A DNA stretch of 64,000 bases from assembly GCF_009914755.1 (NCBI RefSeq), contig NC_060927.1; one strand, 5' to 3'. The notes beneath the pieces were generated by a model, which was given only the letters and a program-made list of their open reading frames with translations, searched no databases and was not told the DNA's origin. Numbering within the stretch: the stretch's first letter is position 1; each line of letters opens with the position of its first letter. Positions 39,458-52,650 of the stretch are shown piece by piece. The translations under genes and the position numbers were made by a program. This DNA comes from the human T2T-CHM13v2.0 reference genome, Homo sapiens.

Positions 39458-42400
39458 GCCCACAGCAGAGAAGAGCTTGGGGTGAGGGTGACGGTAGACA
39501 AAGGAAGATACTCACTTGTGAGGGACAGAGAGGGCTTGTTGTCATTTGGCTGTGAGATGGCGCCACAAGAAAGGAGGCAGGCCAGGAGTTAGGAAACAAA
39601 GCTGATGGAGGGGTGCTCTGAAAGGTGGATATGGAGGAAAGCCAGCTTCACTGAGCACCTGCTCTGTGTGCCCTGCCAGCCTCTTCACATGCATTACTTT
39701 ATTTAGTTATCCCATCTTCACCATGAGGAGGTCACCCATCCCATTTTAGAGGTGAAAAATTTGAGGCCCAGAGAGTGAAAATGACCTGTCTAAGGTCACA
39801 CAGATAGAAAGCAACAGAGCCAGGATTTGAAAGTAAGTCTGTCTAAATGATGGGCATTTTAGCTCAGTATCCACTAAGGCTATCCATCCAGGCCTCCATC
39901 CAGGCCTCGGGAGCTAGAATGTAAATCTCTCAGTGAGTCTGTGAAATGAGAAAAAGAGCATCTCATAAGGCGAGAAGTGCCTCATGTGCTTAGTAAGTCA
40001 GACTGTTGACATGGTGATGGGCCTCCTTCACTCCTACTCCTGCACATAGTTGATTTCTTCCTTGTTCTCTCCCAAAATACTCAGGAACTCACACTGGACT
40101 CTCCAGCCATGTTTGGGAGCTTAGGAAAGGGCTTACTCTTACAGTGGGCTTGTATTTGGAGGTAACTGCATCTCCTCCAAAAGAAAAGGAGGCTGTGAAT
40201 GCACAGTCTAGCCTGCCTTCCCCCAAGGTGGGCCTCTCCACTATTATCTTTGGGGCAGTTTTTCTCCCTCAACTTTCACACATACGTACACACAAGCACA
40301 TACACACACATACACACACACAAGCACACACACCCCTTCACCCACACTGTTCTAACCCAAGGAACCAAGTAAAAATATTTAGAACTGAATGTGAAATAAA
40401 CTCTGCTTGATATTGTCATGTTCCATTTTTCACGTCACCAGGCTGGCAGGGAAGGCCTATGGGGCTGCACACCTCTCCAGAATGATGCAGTAGATCAGAA
40501 AAATCACCACAACTTCAATATTCCATACAGCTCTTGCAAAAATGGTTATAAGGGATCTGCACTATTCAGAAAACCACCTCCAGTCCTCTCCTCCATTCTG
40601 CAGCAGAGAAGCCATCTAAGATGACATCTTACTTTGAAGGAATACCCTACTTTGCTCCCCATGCACCTGAATTATAAGTCAACGGAACCCCAGGCCACTG
40701 TGGGTTAGTTAGCATCGTTTCCTAAACTCCTCCAGGTTAGGAAGAGATGATGGGATCAGCTTGTTAAAGATCAGATGGGCCCAAGGGCATGCACTTGTGA
40801 TTTGCTTTTGAATGTTGCTGGGGAGAGATGGGGAGATATGGAGTGTAATAAGGATTTCCTGAAGGAAGAAATTTTCGAACAAAATTGCATCTCATATGTT
40901 AACACAGCTCATTCCATCTGTACTGCCAACCTTGCCTTGCAGAAGGGCAGGTTAATTCAGCCAGCAAGGCCGTTTCCCCCAAGGTGTGGACTTATTTGGA
41001 GTTGGGAGCTGCCCTTTGAAGGAGAGAAGCCTGTGTTTCTCTCCATGGCACTGCCCCCCACACCTATGGTAATCCTGTCCCAATAACCCTGCTGAGCAGG
41101 ATCAGTCCTGCCTCTACATTAGAAGCCTGGCTTTTGAACTGCACTGGAGGAGAGCTCAGATAAAAAGGGTGAAAGCAAATGAGTGAGGCCCAGATGCAAA
41201 TCCGATCCTGGGGTCAGCTTCCATGTAGGGACTCAGGTTCTCTCCAACTATAAGGGAAATGTAGGCTGGATCACTTCTAAAATGGAAGCTGGGTTGTAAT
41301 GCCTGACTCCTGTAGGGTACTTTCAGTTCCAGAGACAAGTTTCTGTGTGTCTTCAGTGGATGGTAGACAAGCTTCTTGCTGGGCTTCCCAACTGGGGAGC
41401 TGCCATGACCATTTAAGCCTCAGTATTCATGCATTTTTCATCCTACAAATCTTTATTGACTTTGGATGGAAACAGGGAGACCAATGAGGATATTAGAGCC
41501 ATGGTCTAAGCAAGAGATAATGAGTTCTGAACCAGGGGAATGGCAGGAAAAATGAATTTAAGACAGGCTTGGAGACAGAAATCAGCAAGACTCAATGATT
41601 GATTAGCTGTCAGGAGTAAGAAAGGATTCTAAGAAGGCTCTTGTGTGAGTGTCTAACTGAATGAGGGTGCTGCCAACCAGAGCCAGGTATCCAGGAGCAA
41701 GGGCACACCTAAGGGACAACGATGGCAGTTGCCTGTGGTATACCCTGGTGTGGACACCACATTCTAGCCTGATTCTTGACCCTCCCAAAGATCAGCCTCT
41801 ACCCTGCTGATCCATTACTACAGCACATTTCGCCCTGATGTTCTGCTTCTGCTTGGTCAGGGCACCTGCTTTGGTCCCTCTGCCTGGTTCCTTCTCATCC
41901 ATAAGCCTTCACTCACATTCTCCTCCCACTAGGATGGTCTCTCTCCCCTTCACCTCTCCAAACCCTTCCCTCCAGTCAGCATTTGCCTGCCCTCTATGCA
42001 CACCAGGAGTCAGTCTGTGGAGCTACCTTGGTAGTTTGAGTTCTGGAGTCTCCTCTGTGATGCTGTAGTCGTGCAGTAACCTAGCCACGGATATCTCCTC
42101 AGAGGGTCATCATGGAAATCTGGACATTGCCCACCTGCTTCCTCCTCCTGCAGTCTAGACCCCATTAGGAGCAATGAGGGAATCTGGTTTACTGGGGAGC
42201 TGGACAGTAGCTGGTGTCAAGCCTGCTGTCAGGAGGTACCTGAGTAGATGGAGAAGCACTTGAAATGACTCTTTGGGCCTAGGGAAGCATTGGATGTCAG
42301 GCATATTGCTTCATGGGTTTATGCATGGAGACACTGCCATTCTGCTTTGTACAAAAAAAATGGAGGTCCCCTGAACCTCTGTGTCCCCTTTAGCTTGTGG

Positions 42401-43100
42401 GGCCAGATGTAACTCAAGTGGCCCCCACCTTCCTTTGCTCTACATGAAGCCAGGCTTCCTAGAGAAGCAGGACCAACTGCTTATCACTTCCTCTGAATTC
42501 ATAGCTCCACATGAAGGACCATGCCATCTAGGCACCAGGCTTTCCAGAGGTGCGTGTCACAGAACTATTTTGAGTATGAGATGAGAGTGCAGCCCTCAGT
42601 GAGACCTCTTGGCCAAATTAAATGTGACATTAACAACAGCCCAAGAAAAGGTCCACTTTGATGGCCCTACATCACTACGTATTACAGAAACTAGAAAAGT
42701 AGTCGGTGGTGCATATGCCCTTGGTGGTGCGAGGCCAGGAACCTTGGTGGTTCCTCATAGGGACCACAGGGCTCCTGGCTGCTGGCCAGTACCTCCTGCA
42801 CATGATGTCTGGGTCAGCTGTGTTGTGTGGAGTGAAGAACACTGAGGGCAGGTCCTGTTGAACAAAAGACCACAGAGTAAGAGCATGCTGCAAAAATCAT
42901 GTGGTTCATGTGTCAGAGCAGTGCGCCTGACCAGACCCTAAGTTGTTCTCAGGATTTATATACATGTGAGCCCAGGAGACTTTGGTAGAGGGCTCATTCA
43001 TCATTCACTCCTGCACAAATTTATTAATTCAACAAATATCTGTTGAGTACTCAGATGCTGTGCCAACTCTTAAAATAATGTAGAGATTAAAAGATCATGT

Positions 43101-43332
43101 AGTTCTAGTGTTGTATTACACAGTAGGGCAACTATAGTAATAATACTGTATTGTATATTTCAAAATAGCTAGAAGAAAGCAGTTTGAATGTTCTCACCCC
43201 CAAAGAAGTGATAAATATTTGAATGGTAGATTTGCTAATTATCCTGAATTGATTATTACCCAAGGTATACATGTATCTAAATATTGCATTGTATCCCATA
43301 AATATGTACAATTGTTATGTGTCAATTTAAAT
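43101..43332 (+). mobile_element. L1MA5-7-like 3' UTR fragment
   Basis: gtatatttcaaaatagctagaagaaag..tttgaatgttctcac..cccataaatatgtacaatt. Confidence 0.75.
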
Positions 43333-44136
43333 TGTTTAACGTAAAAAAATTCAATCTTCTGGAGAAGACAGACATGTTAAGAAAATTATAATGCAATTTT
43401 TTTTAGGAGCTATAAAAGTTCATGGTTTTCTAGTGCACCTTGCAGCTCAACAGAACTTGTTCTCACTAATAACCACCATCAGAGGTTTTCACACCCTCAT
43501 AACAGCCCAACTACAGGAAACCATGATGGGTTTCTTTAAGACACTGCTAAAGAGCTGGAGCTTCCCAGCATGACAGTGTCAGTCTACTAGTCATAGCCAG
43601 TGCCTCCATTCGCAGAGAGATGAAGTGGGCCTTTTACTTTAAGGAAAATAGGTGAACACCTGTTGGAAGTCTGATTAGATCCCCAATCATACAACAGTGA
43701 AGGGCTGCACACACTGAGTTATGGATGCTGACAGTGAGCAGTGGGCTTCTTTCTTATGCTTATTTCTTGCAGGTCATTTAAGCAACTACAATACAACATG
43801 GCCCACTATGTTGGGGAGGAGGTTTTTGCCTGCAGTGACAAAAACATACCAAGCTGGAAAGCAACTAGGTATCCATGGCTCTCACTCAGGATCCTGGCCA
43901 ACCACCCAGATGAAGCAAAACCTAGTTTCCTTCACCTGGCAATCCAAGTTTCTGATTCCAGGGCCTTGGAGGAACTCCTCTTTTCTAGGATTCTAGAAGT
44001 GAAATGATAGTTTTATTGTGGGATCAATAGTGTGTGAGCTCCTGAAAGGACATCAAAAAGTCCTCTGTGCCTATGCTTAAGGTACACGGATAGAGAAATG
44101 GGAATTTTAACTGCTGATGACAATCACTGATATAGA

Positions 44137-44500
44137 TTATCAGTCGGGGTAAGACAGGTTATGCTGTAGTAACAACTGACCGCAAACTTTCACTGTGTTA
44201 AAATAACAAAGGTTTATTTATCATTCTTACCACATGTCCTTGGATTGGCTGTGGCTCTGCGCCATGTTAGCTCCCCACTAGGATCCAGGAAAATGGAACA
44301 GCTTTGATCTAAAACATTGTTGATTTCCTGGTAGATGGAAAAGATGCATGGTGAACCACAGATGGGCTCTTAAGGCTTCTGCTCTGATATGACATATGTC
44401 ACATGCACACATATTTCATCTATCAGAGCAAGTCTCATGGCCAAGCTGATATCAGTGGGTCAGAGATTTGTGTTGTGAATAGAATACATTCTACCACCAC
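44137..44500 (-). mobile_element. Old MLT1 (J/K/L-like) LTR
   Basis: ggttatgctgtagtaacaac..aacaaaggtttattt..caagtctcatggccaagc. Confidence 0.6.
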
Positions 44501-46085
44501 AAAGTCCCAGCAGTCCATACGGCACTTGTCAAGAGGGCCTCCCTCACTTCCCCTGAGATTCTACATCACTGAACTCCTCCACCCACCAAGCTTCTTCCTT
44601 CAGAAAATAAAAGACTTTCATTGCATCCCCCAAGGTAGAGCCACTTCTGTTGGGTTCATTGCTGCATTCTCATGGCAGTGCCTGTCATAACTTAGATATT
44701 ACATAAATGTCTATTGGCATAATATGGAGTTGATATTGCCAATTGTGAGAATATCTTACAGAGTGAGGCCTGTGTCCTTGATTATACTGGATCCTCTCCC
44801 TGAGATTCCCCACTTATCCCTGCCCTTTCTCATGCCCAGAGGTGGACCCTGAGGAGGCACAACTGGTGGCCCCATGTCAGTCACTCTTGCCATAGGCTCC
44901 CTGAAGTGCTAAGGAACCTCTGGCCTCACCAAGGCCATCTAGAGAAGAATGCAAATTCATCAATTAAGAAGTTCAGACAGTAACTGCCATCCCTAGGCCC
45001 CATTTGGGCTTTTGTATCACAGTGTGCCCTGAAATCTGCCTCATTCATTGTGTCTGTATCTATTTTCTGGCTCAGAGTGGCTTCCCCACCCTGCTAGGGC
45101 CCAGGGACGTCAAATCAGATCTCATCCCTGGTTTCAGTCCCCCAGCACTCAAGCTGCAGCTGCTGTATACAAGACCAGAGTGAATCCTCAGCTGCCTGGG
45201 GCCCCAGGGACCTTCACGGAGGATTCCAAAGGAGCATCTTAAATACACCCTGATGTGTAGACAGTGCTGTATCATCACTGCAAGTGATGCATTCTGTTTA
45301 CCCACTGCCTTCCCAAGGGATCCCTGGGGAGAAGAGAGACAGAAAAACCTTGGAGAAAGTAAATCTTCTCAGTTTGTTTAAATATACCAAAAAATGAAAT
45401 ACAATCTGTTAAGTTTGTGGAAGTCTGCACCATCTGGTTAAATGCAGCTTGATGGTTTCTGGCAGGCAACATCTGCGGGTTAGAGAAAGTGGCCTGCCGC
45501 TCCCCCTCAGCAGGGAAGACAAAAGAGCCCCACCTTATGGCTTTGCCAGGGCATATGTCCTCAGTGTGCCCCTCTGTCAGAGCAGTGGCCTGTGTAGGGA
45601 GGTGGAGTCCCATGTGACTAGGCTGTGCTTGGCAGGTCATATGATTGGCCCCCTGAACACTACTGTGTGGTAGAAAGAACACTAACTGGGTATCTGAGAG
45701 CTGGGCCTGCTTCTAGCTAGCTGTGACTGTGTGCTTTTGGTCCAGTCGTTTCCCCTCTCTGGGCCTCAGTTTCTATGTTTGCAAAATGAGCAGAAGGTTA
45801 CAAGATCTCCCTCCAGGTCCACTGAGGAGGTGCAATGGGGAGCATGGGCTTTGGAGCTGGGAAGTCCTGGTGATGGGTCCACTCACTAGCTGGGTGCCAT
45901 CCTGGGCTCACTCTGCCTAGGGCTCTTTATCTGTAACCTGGAATCTTAACGATATTCACCGCGCAGATGAGTAACTAAAAAGCATGTGTAAGGCTCTTAA
46001 TTCAGGCCTGGCACCCATTCTGTGCCCAGTAAGGGTTCATAGGAAAACAATAAAGTTCTGTAACTATAAAAAATAAGGTTATATA

Positions 46086-46399
<314 letters not shown>

Positions 46400-49094
46400 G
46401 GTTACATAAATATTGGATATATCTATAGAATAACCCTGACCAGCACTGGGTTATTTTGTAACCAATTTTGTCTCCCAACCTTCCCTTGATGTCATCCCCC
46501 ATCACCCCATGCATGGTCCTCTCTGCTGTGTACCTCTCTATATATATCCAAACCTGTTTGGAGGGAAATTCACAATCAATTTCTTCACTAGTCTAAGGTA
46601 TTAATTGAAGTGTGAATTCTATAGGAACAGCAATGTCCTTAGCCAAAAAAAGGACCCTCTGGTGGTGGAGTTTCAAGCCCTGCTAGACCCCACCCTGCTT
46701 CCCCTGTGCAGAGGCCTTGGTGCTCCACATGGTGGCAAAGCTGGCCTCTGCAGCCACCACACACACATCTCTGCACCGGGCCCTGCTAGATCATATTGGT
46801 CCCATTGGCTTGAGCTAGAAGTCAGAAGCCCTGAGTGCTCAGCCTGCATCTCTCTGGCCGTCCCAGGTTTCAGGAACCGACATGCTCTGTGTGTACCTCT
46901 GTCACCATCTGTCTTCACACTGGACAAGTTTTGGTATCAGACCCAACTTAATAGGTCAAAGAAACTATTGCCATGTTGTGTTATTCCAGGGGTACTAGGA
47001 AAATGCACTTTCCCCAAAAAACCATGTATCTCCTACTTCCAAACCACTCACAAATCTCTCTCTGCTACCACCTTGATAGATGTCTTTCTTAGAAATATCT
47101 GTGGAGGGTGGTATTAAAGGACAGCAAAGATTTTATTGGCAATTAAAACATTTGTATAAATTAGTTTATCACATAAGTAACATGGATATCAATTAAGGAG
47201 TTAGCAGCAGGGGGTGAGAACAGGTAAGTGTGATGAGAGGCGTGGAGCGTGGACAAGGGGCTGGATGGACCCACCTAAGCATTGGGTGAATTTCCAGGAG
47301 CATCTCGTGAGAGCACTGAGTGGCAATTATAAATATTAACTGAGTGCCTACTATGTGTCAGGTGCAGTAACAGACAAAATCTCTAGGAAATACTCATGTA
47401 AATGATGCCGTCAACTCTGCCCACACTTCCCTTTGATACATACAAACTACAGCATGAGCATGAATTGGGAGATTTTAATCTCTACCTTCACAGACACCAC
47501 AATTCCAGAAGCCTCTCCCAGAGTGAACCTGTCATGGTGAGAAGCAGAGCATCTGGGTTCTAAGGATACATGCTCTTCACATAGCATAACCTTCTATTGC
47601 TACCCAATGGATATAGACCTGATGATCTCCTCCACAGATGGAGGGAAAACTGGCTGAGTTGAACATTTTCAAACAAGTAAACTGATTTCCAGCATGGCAT
47701 CTTCCTTGAGGAATCTTCAAAGGGTCATTTTAATGGTAGGAGATTTTTTTTTTTTTTGTAGTGGCTGACTTTGGAACCCAAACCCTAGGTGAGATGAGGC
47801 TCTGATATACAAAAGTCAAAAATCCAAAACCTGGGCAAATGGCAGGTAATACACACAACCACTGTCCATTAAACCCATCAGAGTTTATGACTGACTGGTC
47901 AGTGCCATATGAGGAAACAGCCCCCATACCCCTGCCCACCCAACTCAGGTCACACTTTAGACTCCCATTATTTGAAAATGACTGCAAGTTCCTGGCCCTC
48001 CTTCCCGTAGTGCTTGAGCCCTGTCTGTGTATAGAACAGAAGGATGGAAAGAATTCTGTATTTGAGCCTCTGTGGAGAGTCAGCGGAGGCCCCAGACCTA
48101 CCCAGCAGGACAATCCAGTCTTCTCTGGCAGGACAGTTGTCGCCTCTCACCTCAGCACCCCCCTCCACAAAGTTGGTGATTCTTCTAAAATAAACCTGCC
48201 CCCACTCCTGCTGCCTCAGATGAAGTCTTCGTGCCTTAGCCTGAGTACTATTATAGTAGCAGCAGAAATAATAATAATGACAATGATAACATGATAGCTA
48301 ACACTGAGTGAACCTTCGCCATGCAGCGAGCATGCTACTGCAAGCTCTAATGCATTATCTCATTCAGCCCTCACAACTCGCTGGAAAGAGGAAACAGAGT
48401 CAAAAAGGTCAACTTATTTGCTCATAGTCACAAAGCTAGCAAATTTTGCTGCCAGGTGTCAAATTCAATTTCTGCTGACTTCAAAACCTGTGTTCTCAAC
48501 CACTGCATCATTTGGCCTCAACAAATATTTGTAAAAAAGTGTAATGAGTGGCTCATGCTCCTTCTTATGGGATCAGGATCTAGAACTTTCCCCAATCACA
48601 GCCCTGATCACATTTTGTCAACTTGCTGGCTCTGAACTGTGTCTGACTCACCTTCATAGAGCCAGCACCTAGAAGGGGTCTTGGCACATGGTTAGTGCTC
48701 AGTAGATGGCTGGCAGGTTAACAGATGGATAGGTGTGTGAGTGAATCCATCCATCCAAATCAAATCCTGGCTTTCTCCAGGAACCCTCCCTGCTAGTAAG
48801 AGCCCCCAGGGTTTTTCCAACTTTCTAAATTCCTCCGACACTTTTTTCTTGCATCCTATCTTGCCACATGCAGCACTTTTGTCTGTAAGTTACTGATGCC
48901 TCCCCAAGAAAACCATAAATAACTCAGGGGCTGGAACAGCATTTAGCACTTCTTTTCCTAAGTCACATAGCTCATGGTTAGGCACAGACGTCTCTGAGTA
49001 AGTACACTGAGTAGTTCACCTTGACCCAGGAGCAGAAAACAGATGAGGACACCGCATCATGACCTGTTATCCTTTCTTTCCTGACCCTCTGCAG

Positions 49095-49343
49095 GAGCCT
49101 CCTCTGGCATCATTGACCTCTTGCCATCCCCTAGCGCTGCCACCAACTGGACTGCAGGACTGCTGGTGGACAGCAGTGAGATGATCTTCAAGTTTGACGG
49201 CAGGCAGGGTGCCAAAGTCCCCGATGGGATTGTGCCCAAGAACCTGACCGATCAGTTCACCATCACCATGTGGATGAAACACGGCCCCAGCCCTGGTGTG
49301 AGAGCCGAGAAGGAAACCATCCTCTGCAACTCAGACAAAACCG
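49095..49343 (+). CDS. CLSTN2: Calsyntenin-2 internal coding exon (likely exon 7), 249 nt, phase 1-1; start of LNS/laminin-G-like domain
   Basis: Acceptor ttcctgaccctctgcAG, donor CCG|GTgagt. Translates (G)ASSGIIDLLPSPSAATNWTAGLLVDSSEMIFKFDGRQGAKVPDGIVPKNLTDQFTITMWMKHGPSPGVRAEKETILCNSDKT, with N-glycosylation sequons NWT and NLT. Confidence 0.97.
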
Positions 49344-49592
49344 GTGAGTCTCTAGCCCAGCCCTTCCACCCCTCCTACCCCAGCAGCTGCCCATTTTGTC
49401 ACAGGTGGCTGGACATGGACACAGCCAAGGAGGATGTGGAAGAAAAGCAGGAGCCTGAGAGGAACCCTGCCAATATATATTCTGGTCTCTGGTTTTCTGG
49501 CTGCTGATTTTCCAGGCTTGGCTTGACGTAGAGCAGGAGCAGAAAAGTGGGGAAAGTAGGGGTACAGACACAAAGGATGTAACAGCTGGAAT

Positions 49593-49802
49593 CAGTGCTT
49601 TTCAAACTAGATTCCTCAGAATGCTAGCATTCCCAGAAGTGTTTTGGGGCTGCTATAAGTGAGATGGGGGTGAGAGAGGAATCTTTATTCCTACTTCAAA
49701 CAAAGAAGCTCCACCTTTACTGTATTAGATACAGTAAGATTTCCAAAAGCTATCTTTTGAATAAAGTACTGCTAATTTAGAATAGTAGTTTGAAAACCTC
49801 TG
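49593..49802. mobile_element. MER112-like hAT-Charlie fossil
   Basis: 16-bp terminal inverted repeats cagtgcttttcaaact / agtttgaaaacctctg (14/16 match); TSD not preserved. Confidence 0.55.
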
Positions 49803-51559
49803 ACATATATAGTAATGATAGCTACCATTCGATAGGCTTTTCAGCATGCTGAGCCTGTGCAAGAAGTTCACGGCTTGGTGGTTAAAAGTCCCCTAACACT
49901 GATTAGCTAGGTAACTTTGGCAAGTTGTTTAGCCTTTCTGTGTCTCACTTTACCTGTCTGTGAATGGGACGTTATAGTAGTATCTACCTCACAGGGTTCT
50001 TATGAGGATTGAATGACTTCATAATCCTGAAGTGCTCAGAACAGTGCCTGGCACAAAGGAAATATGATAATCTGTGTTAGCTATTACTATTCTAAACACA
50101 AGTCTCTATAATTATTTTATAAAAGCCTTATTGTTTTTGCCATTTTAAGGATAAAACATTCCTTAGAGGTTGACTAACTTGTCACAAGTAGTTATACAGA
50201 CAGTATCAGAACTAGAATGTCAGCTTAGATCCAACTAAATCCAAACCTATGCTCTTGTCACTACACCCACCCATCTGCACACACACATACACAAACATCC
50301 CAAGATCTTATGCAAATTGTACAACTCTGCATTTAATTATAATTCTACAATTTCCCATTTCAAATACAACTTTTGCTAAAACACCCCAAATAAATAACAA
50401 TCACAGCAGATGTAACAGTAAAAAGACAATATAGAAGAAGGGCTGAAGCTCGGCCTCTGCTATTGGACAGCCAAAGTTTCCATCTCAGCTTGACCACTTC
50501 TTAAGGCATGATCTTTGAGGAGTTGCTAATCTCTCTGAGCCTCATTTTCCCCGTAGGTAAAATGGGGAAAATAAACATGAAATAAGGTATGAAATTACTT
50601 AGTAGCATCACATGCATAAATCAGTGTTCCAGTAATTTATTTGATGTTGTTATTATTATTACTTCCAGTTTTATTCCTCATTACACACTGCTACAAGAAC
50701 GCCACATTCTCTGTTTCAATTGATCTTTATAATAAATGTTAATATATTTTCTGGATGCAGAAACTGAGAGGTGCCTGGCTTTCCCTATTTATATAGCAAG
50801 TCTATGTAGAAGTCAGTGCCAAGGACAGGTTTTTCTTTGGGACCTTCACGCAGGAAGGTGGAGGTTTGGGACGCAGTTCAGTAGCCTGTGCAGTGCCCTG
50901 TGAGGTATTCCCATCATAATCCAGGAGCCAGCATCCCAATGAGACAACAGCCTAAGAATGTGCAGACAAATACAAAGCAGTGTGAGCTGGGGTCAGTGGC
51001 CATGCACATATAGTCCTTTCTGAGCTATATCGAGTCCCCAGGGAGGTAAGTCAGACAGATATAAATGTTTCTGCTTACAAAGGAGGAAATTGGAATATGG
51101 AAGGCTGAGTGATTGGCCCAGGATAACACAGATGATTACCAAGAAAGACAGGATTGGACCTAGATCCTCTGACCCTGTGTCCCAGGCCCAAGCTATTGCA
51201 CCAGTGGTCCTCATTAGAATATATTAGTGCACTTGTAAAAACGTGTAGATGCTAGAGCCCCACCCAGCTCAATAAGAATCTTGGAGGAGCCTAACGGGAA
51301 GCCATGGCTGAACTTGGCCTCAACTGTCATCACAGCAGTCCCCTGAGAAGGCATTCAGCACCCCCAAATTAGCAGCACCCCAAGCAGCACCCAGTGTTCA
51401 GCTTGGGCCCTTATGTGAAACAACACTCAAGATTGGCACAGAGAAAGTGGGAAGATATTTCTCTAACTTTTCTGACAGCAAGAAAAAAATCTATAAATAC
51501 CCCATCCTAAATTAAAAAAAAAAATCCAGAATAAATGAAAGCTTGATTATGGCTTTTTT

Positions 51560-52140
51560 ACATCAAAAATTTTTTCAAGTAATGAAAAAATTCAAGTATA
51601 GACATACATAAAGCAATGTATGTCTATAGTGGAAACATGAAAAACACAGAAAAGCATAAAAGAGAACACAGAAATTAACTAAAATCCTAACCACTAGGGA
51701 AATATTTTCTGATAACATTTAGTACATTTCATTACAATGTTATTTTTGCTTCTGTGTATATGTAGAATGCCTTTAAACTTTTATAATATCTGTGATATTA
51801 TTATGTCATCAGTTACCTTTATATAACATTATCTCCACATCATTTCTCCATGTGATAAAATATTTTTAAAAATATGGATTATTTGGGAGTTTAAAACTCT
51901 GCCATGTAGATTTATCATACTTCATGTCACTGGCCCCCTTTCATTAGATATTTAGATTGTCTCCTTTTAAATGCAAACACAGCAATGCTGTAAAGAGTAT
52001 TCTGGTATATACCTTTTGGACATTTCTTATTATTTCAGCCAGAAGTTGAATTACTGATTCAAATAATAGAAATGTTAGGAAAGGAAGCTTTTGCTGTAAA
52101 TTGTCAAATTGCTCTTCATGAAGATTGCACTAAGTTTGTC
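51560..52140 (-). mobile_element. Ancient L1ME-like 3' fragment
   Basis: gaaaaacacagaaaagcataaa..aatcctaaccact..ataacattt and agaagttgaattactgattcaaa; approximate. Confidence 0.45.
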
Positions 52141-52299
52141 TGGTGTACTAAGTAAAACTTACTAATGCTGTTCCATTATAAATTATTTTATAAATAGCTG
52201 GATAACAGAATTGACTAGTCAGCAAAGGCTAACTGCAAAAAAGAGAGAGAGTACCACTAACACCACTACTTCCACCAAGAAAAACATCTCAGTAGGTAA

Positions 52300-52650
52300 C
52301 ATTCTTTCCCCATGGTTTTACCTCCTGTCATTGTCCAGCAGCCCCACGTGGGTCTGGAGGGTAGGCAAGCTCTACTTTGCCCAGAACACTCAGTAGCCAA
52401 GGATTCTTGCATCATCTGCTGCTGCCATTTTCAACCATAGAACAGAAAGTAAGGCTAGAGCTGAACACAGAAGGATTTTATTGGCCAGAATAGAAAGTAG
52501 CATGTTTGACTTCTAATACACATTCCATTTGCCACAACTTGGTCACATTGCCCCACCTACCCATGGGGGAGGCTGCGAAATGAGTTTAAATGTGAACCTA
52601 GGAGCATAGGAAATAGGGTTAGGTGAACACATAGCCATGTGTCTACCTTG
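52300..52650 (-). mobile_element. Old MLT1-like LTR fragment
   Basis: cattccatttgccacaacttggtcacattgccccacc..gggaggctgcgaaatg..ggtgaacacatagc. Confidence 0.5.

Noticed and set aside
39883-39908. 12-bp tandem duplication tccatccaggcc x2
   Set aside because: Ordinary slippage duplication.
46605-47117. Longest ORF in the track (170 aa)
   Set aside because: Starts at TTG, no recognisable homology; chance intronic ORF.
49092-49097. CAGGAG tandem (NAGNAG) acceptor
   Set aside because: Distal GAG acceptors are rarely used; effect would be loss of one Gly.
49344-49507. In-frame extension of ORF 49121..49507 past the exon
   Set aside because: A strong CCG|GTGAGT donor ends the exon and the extension is not calsyntenin-like.
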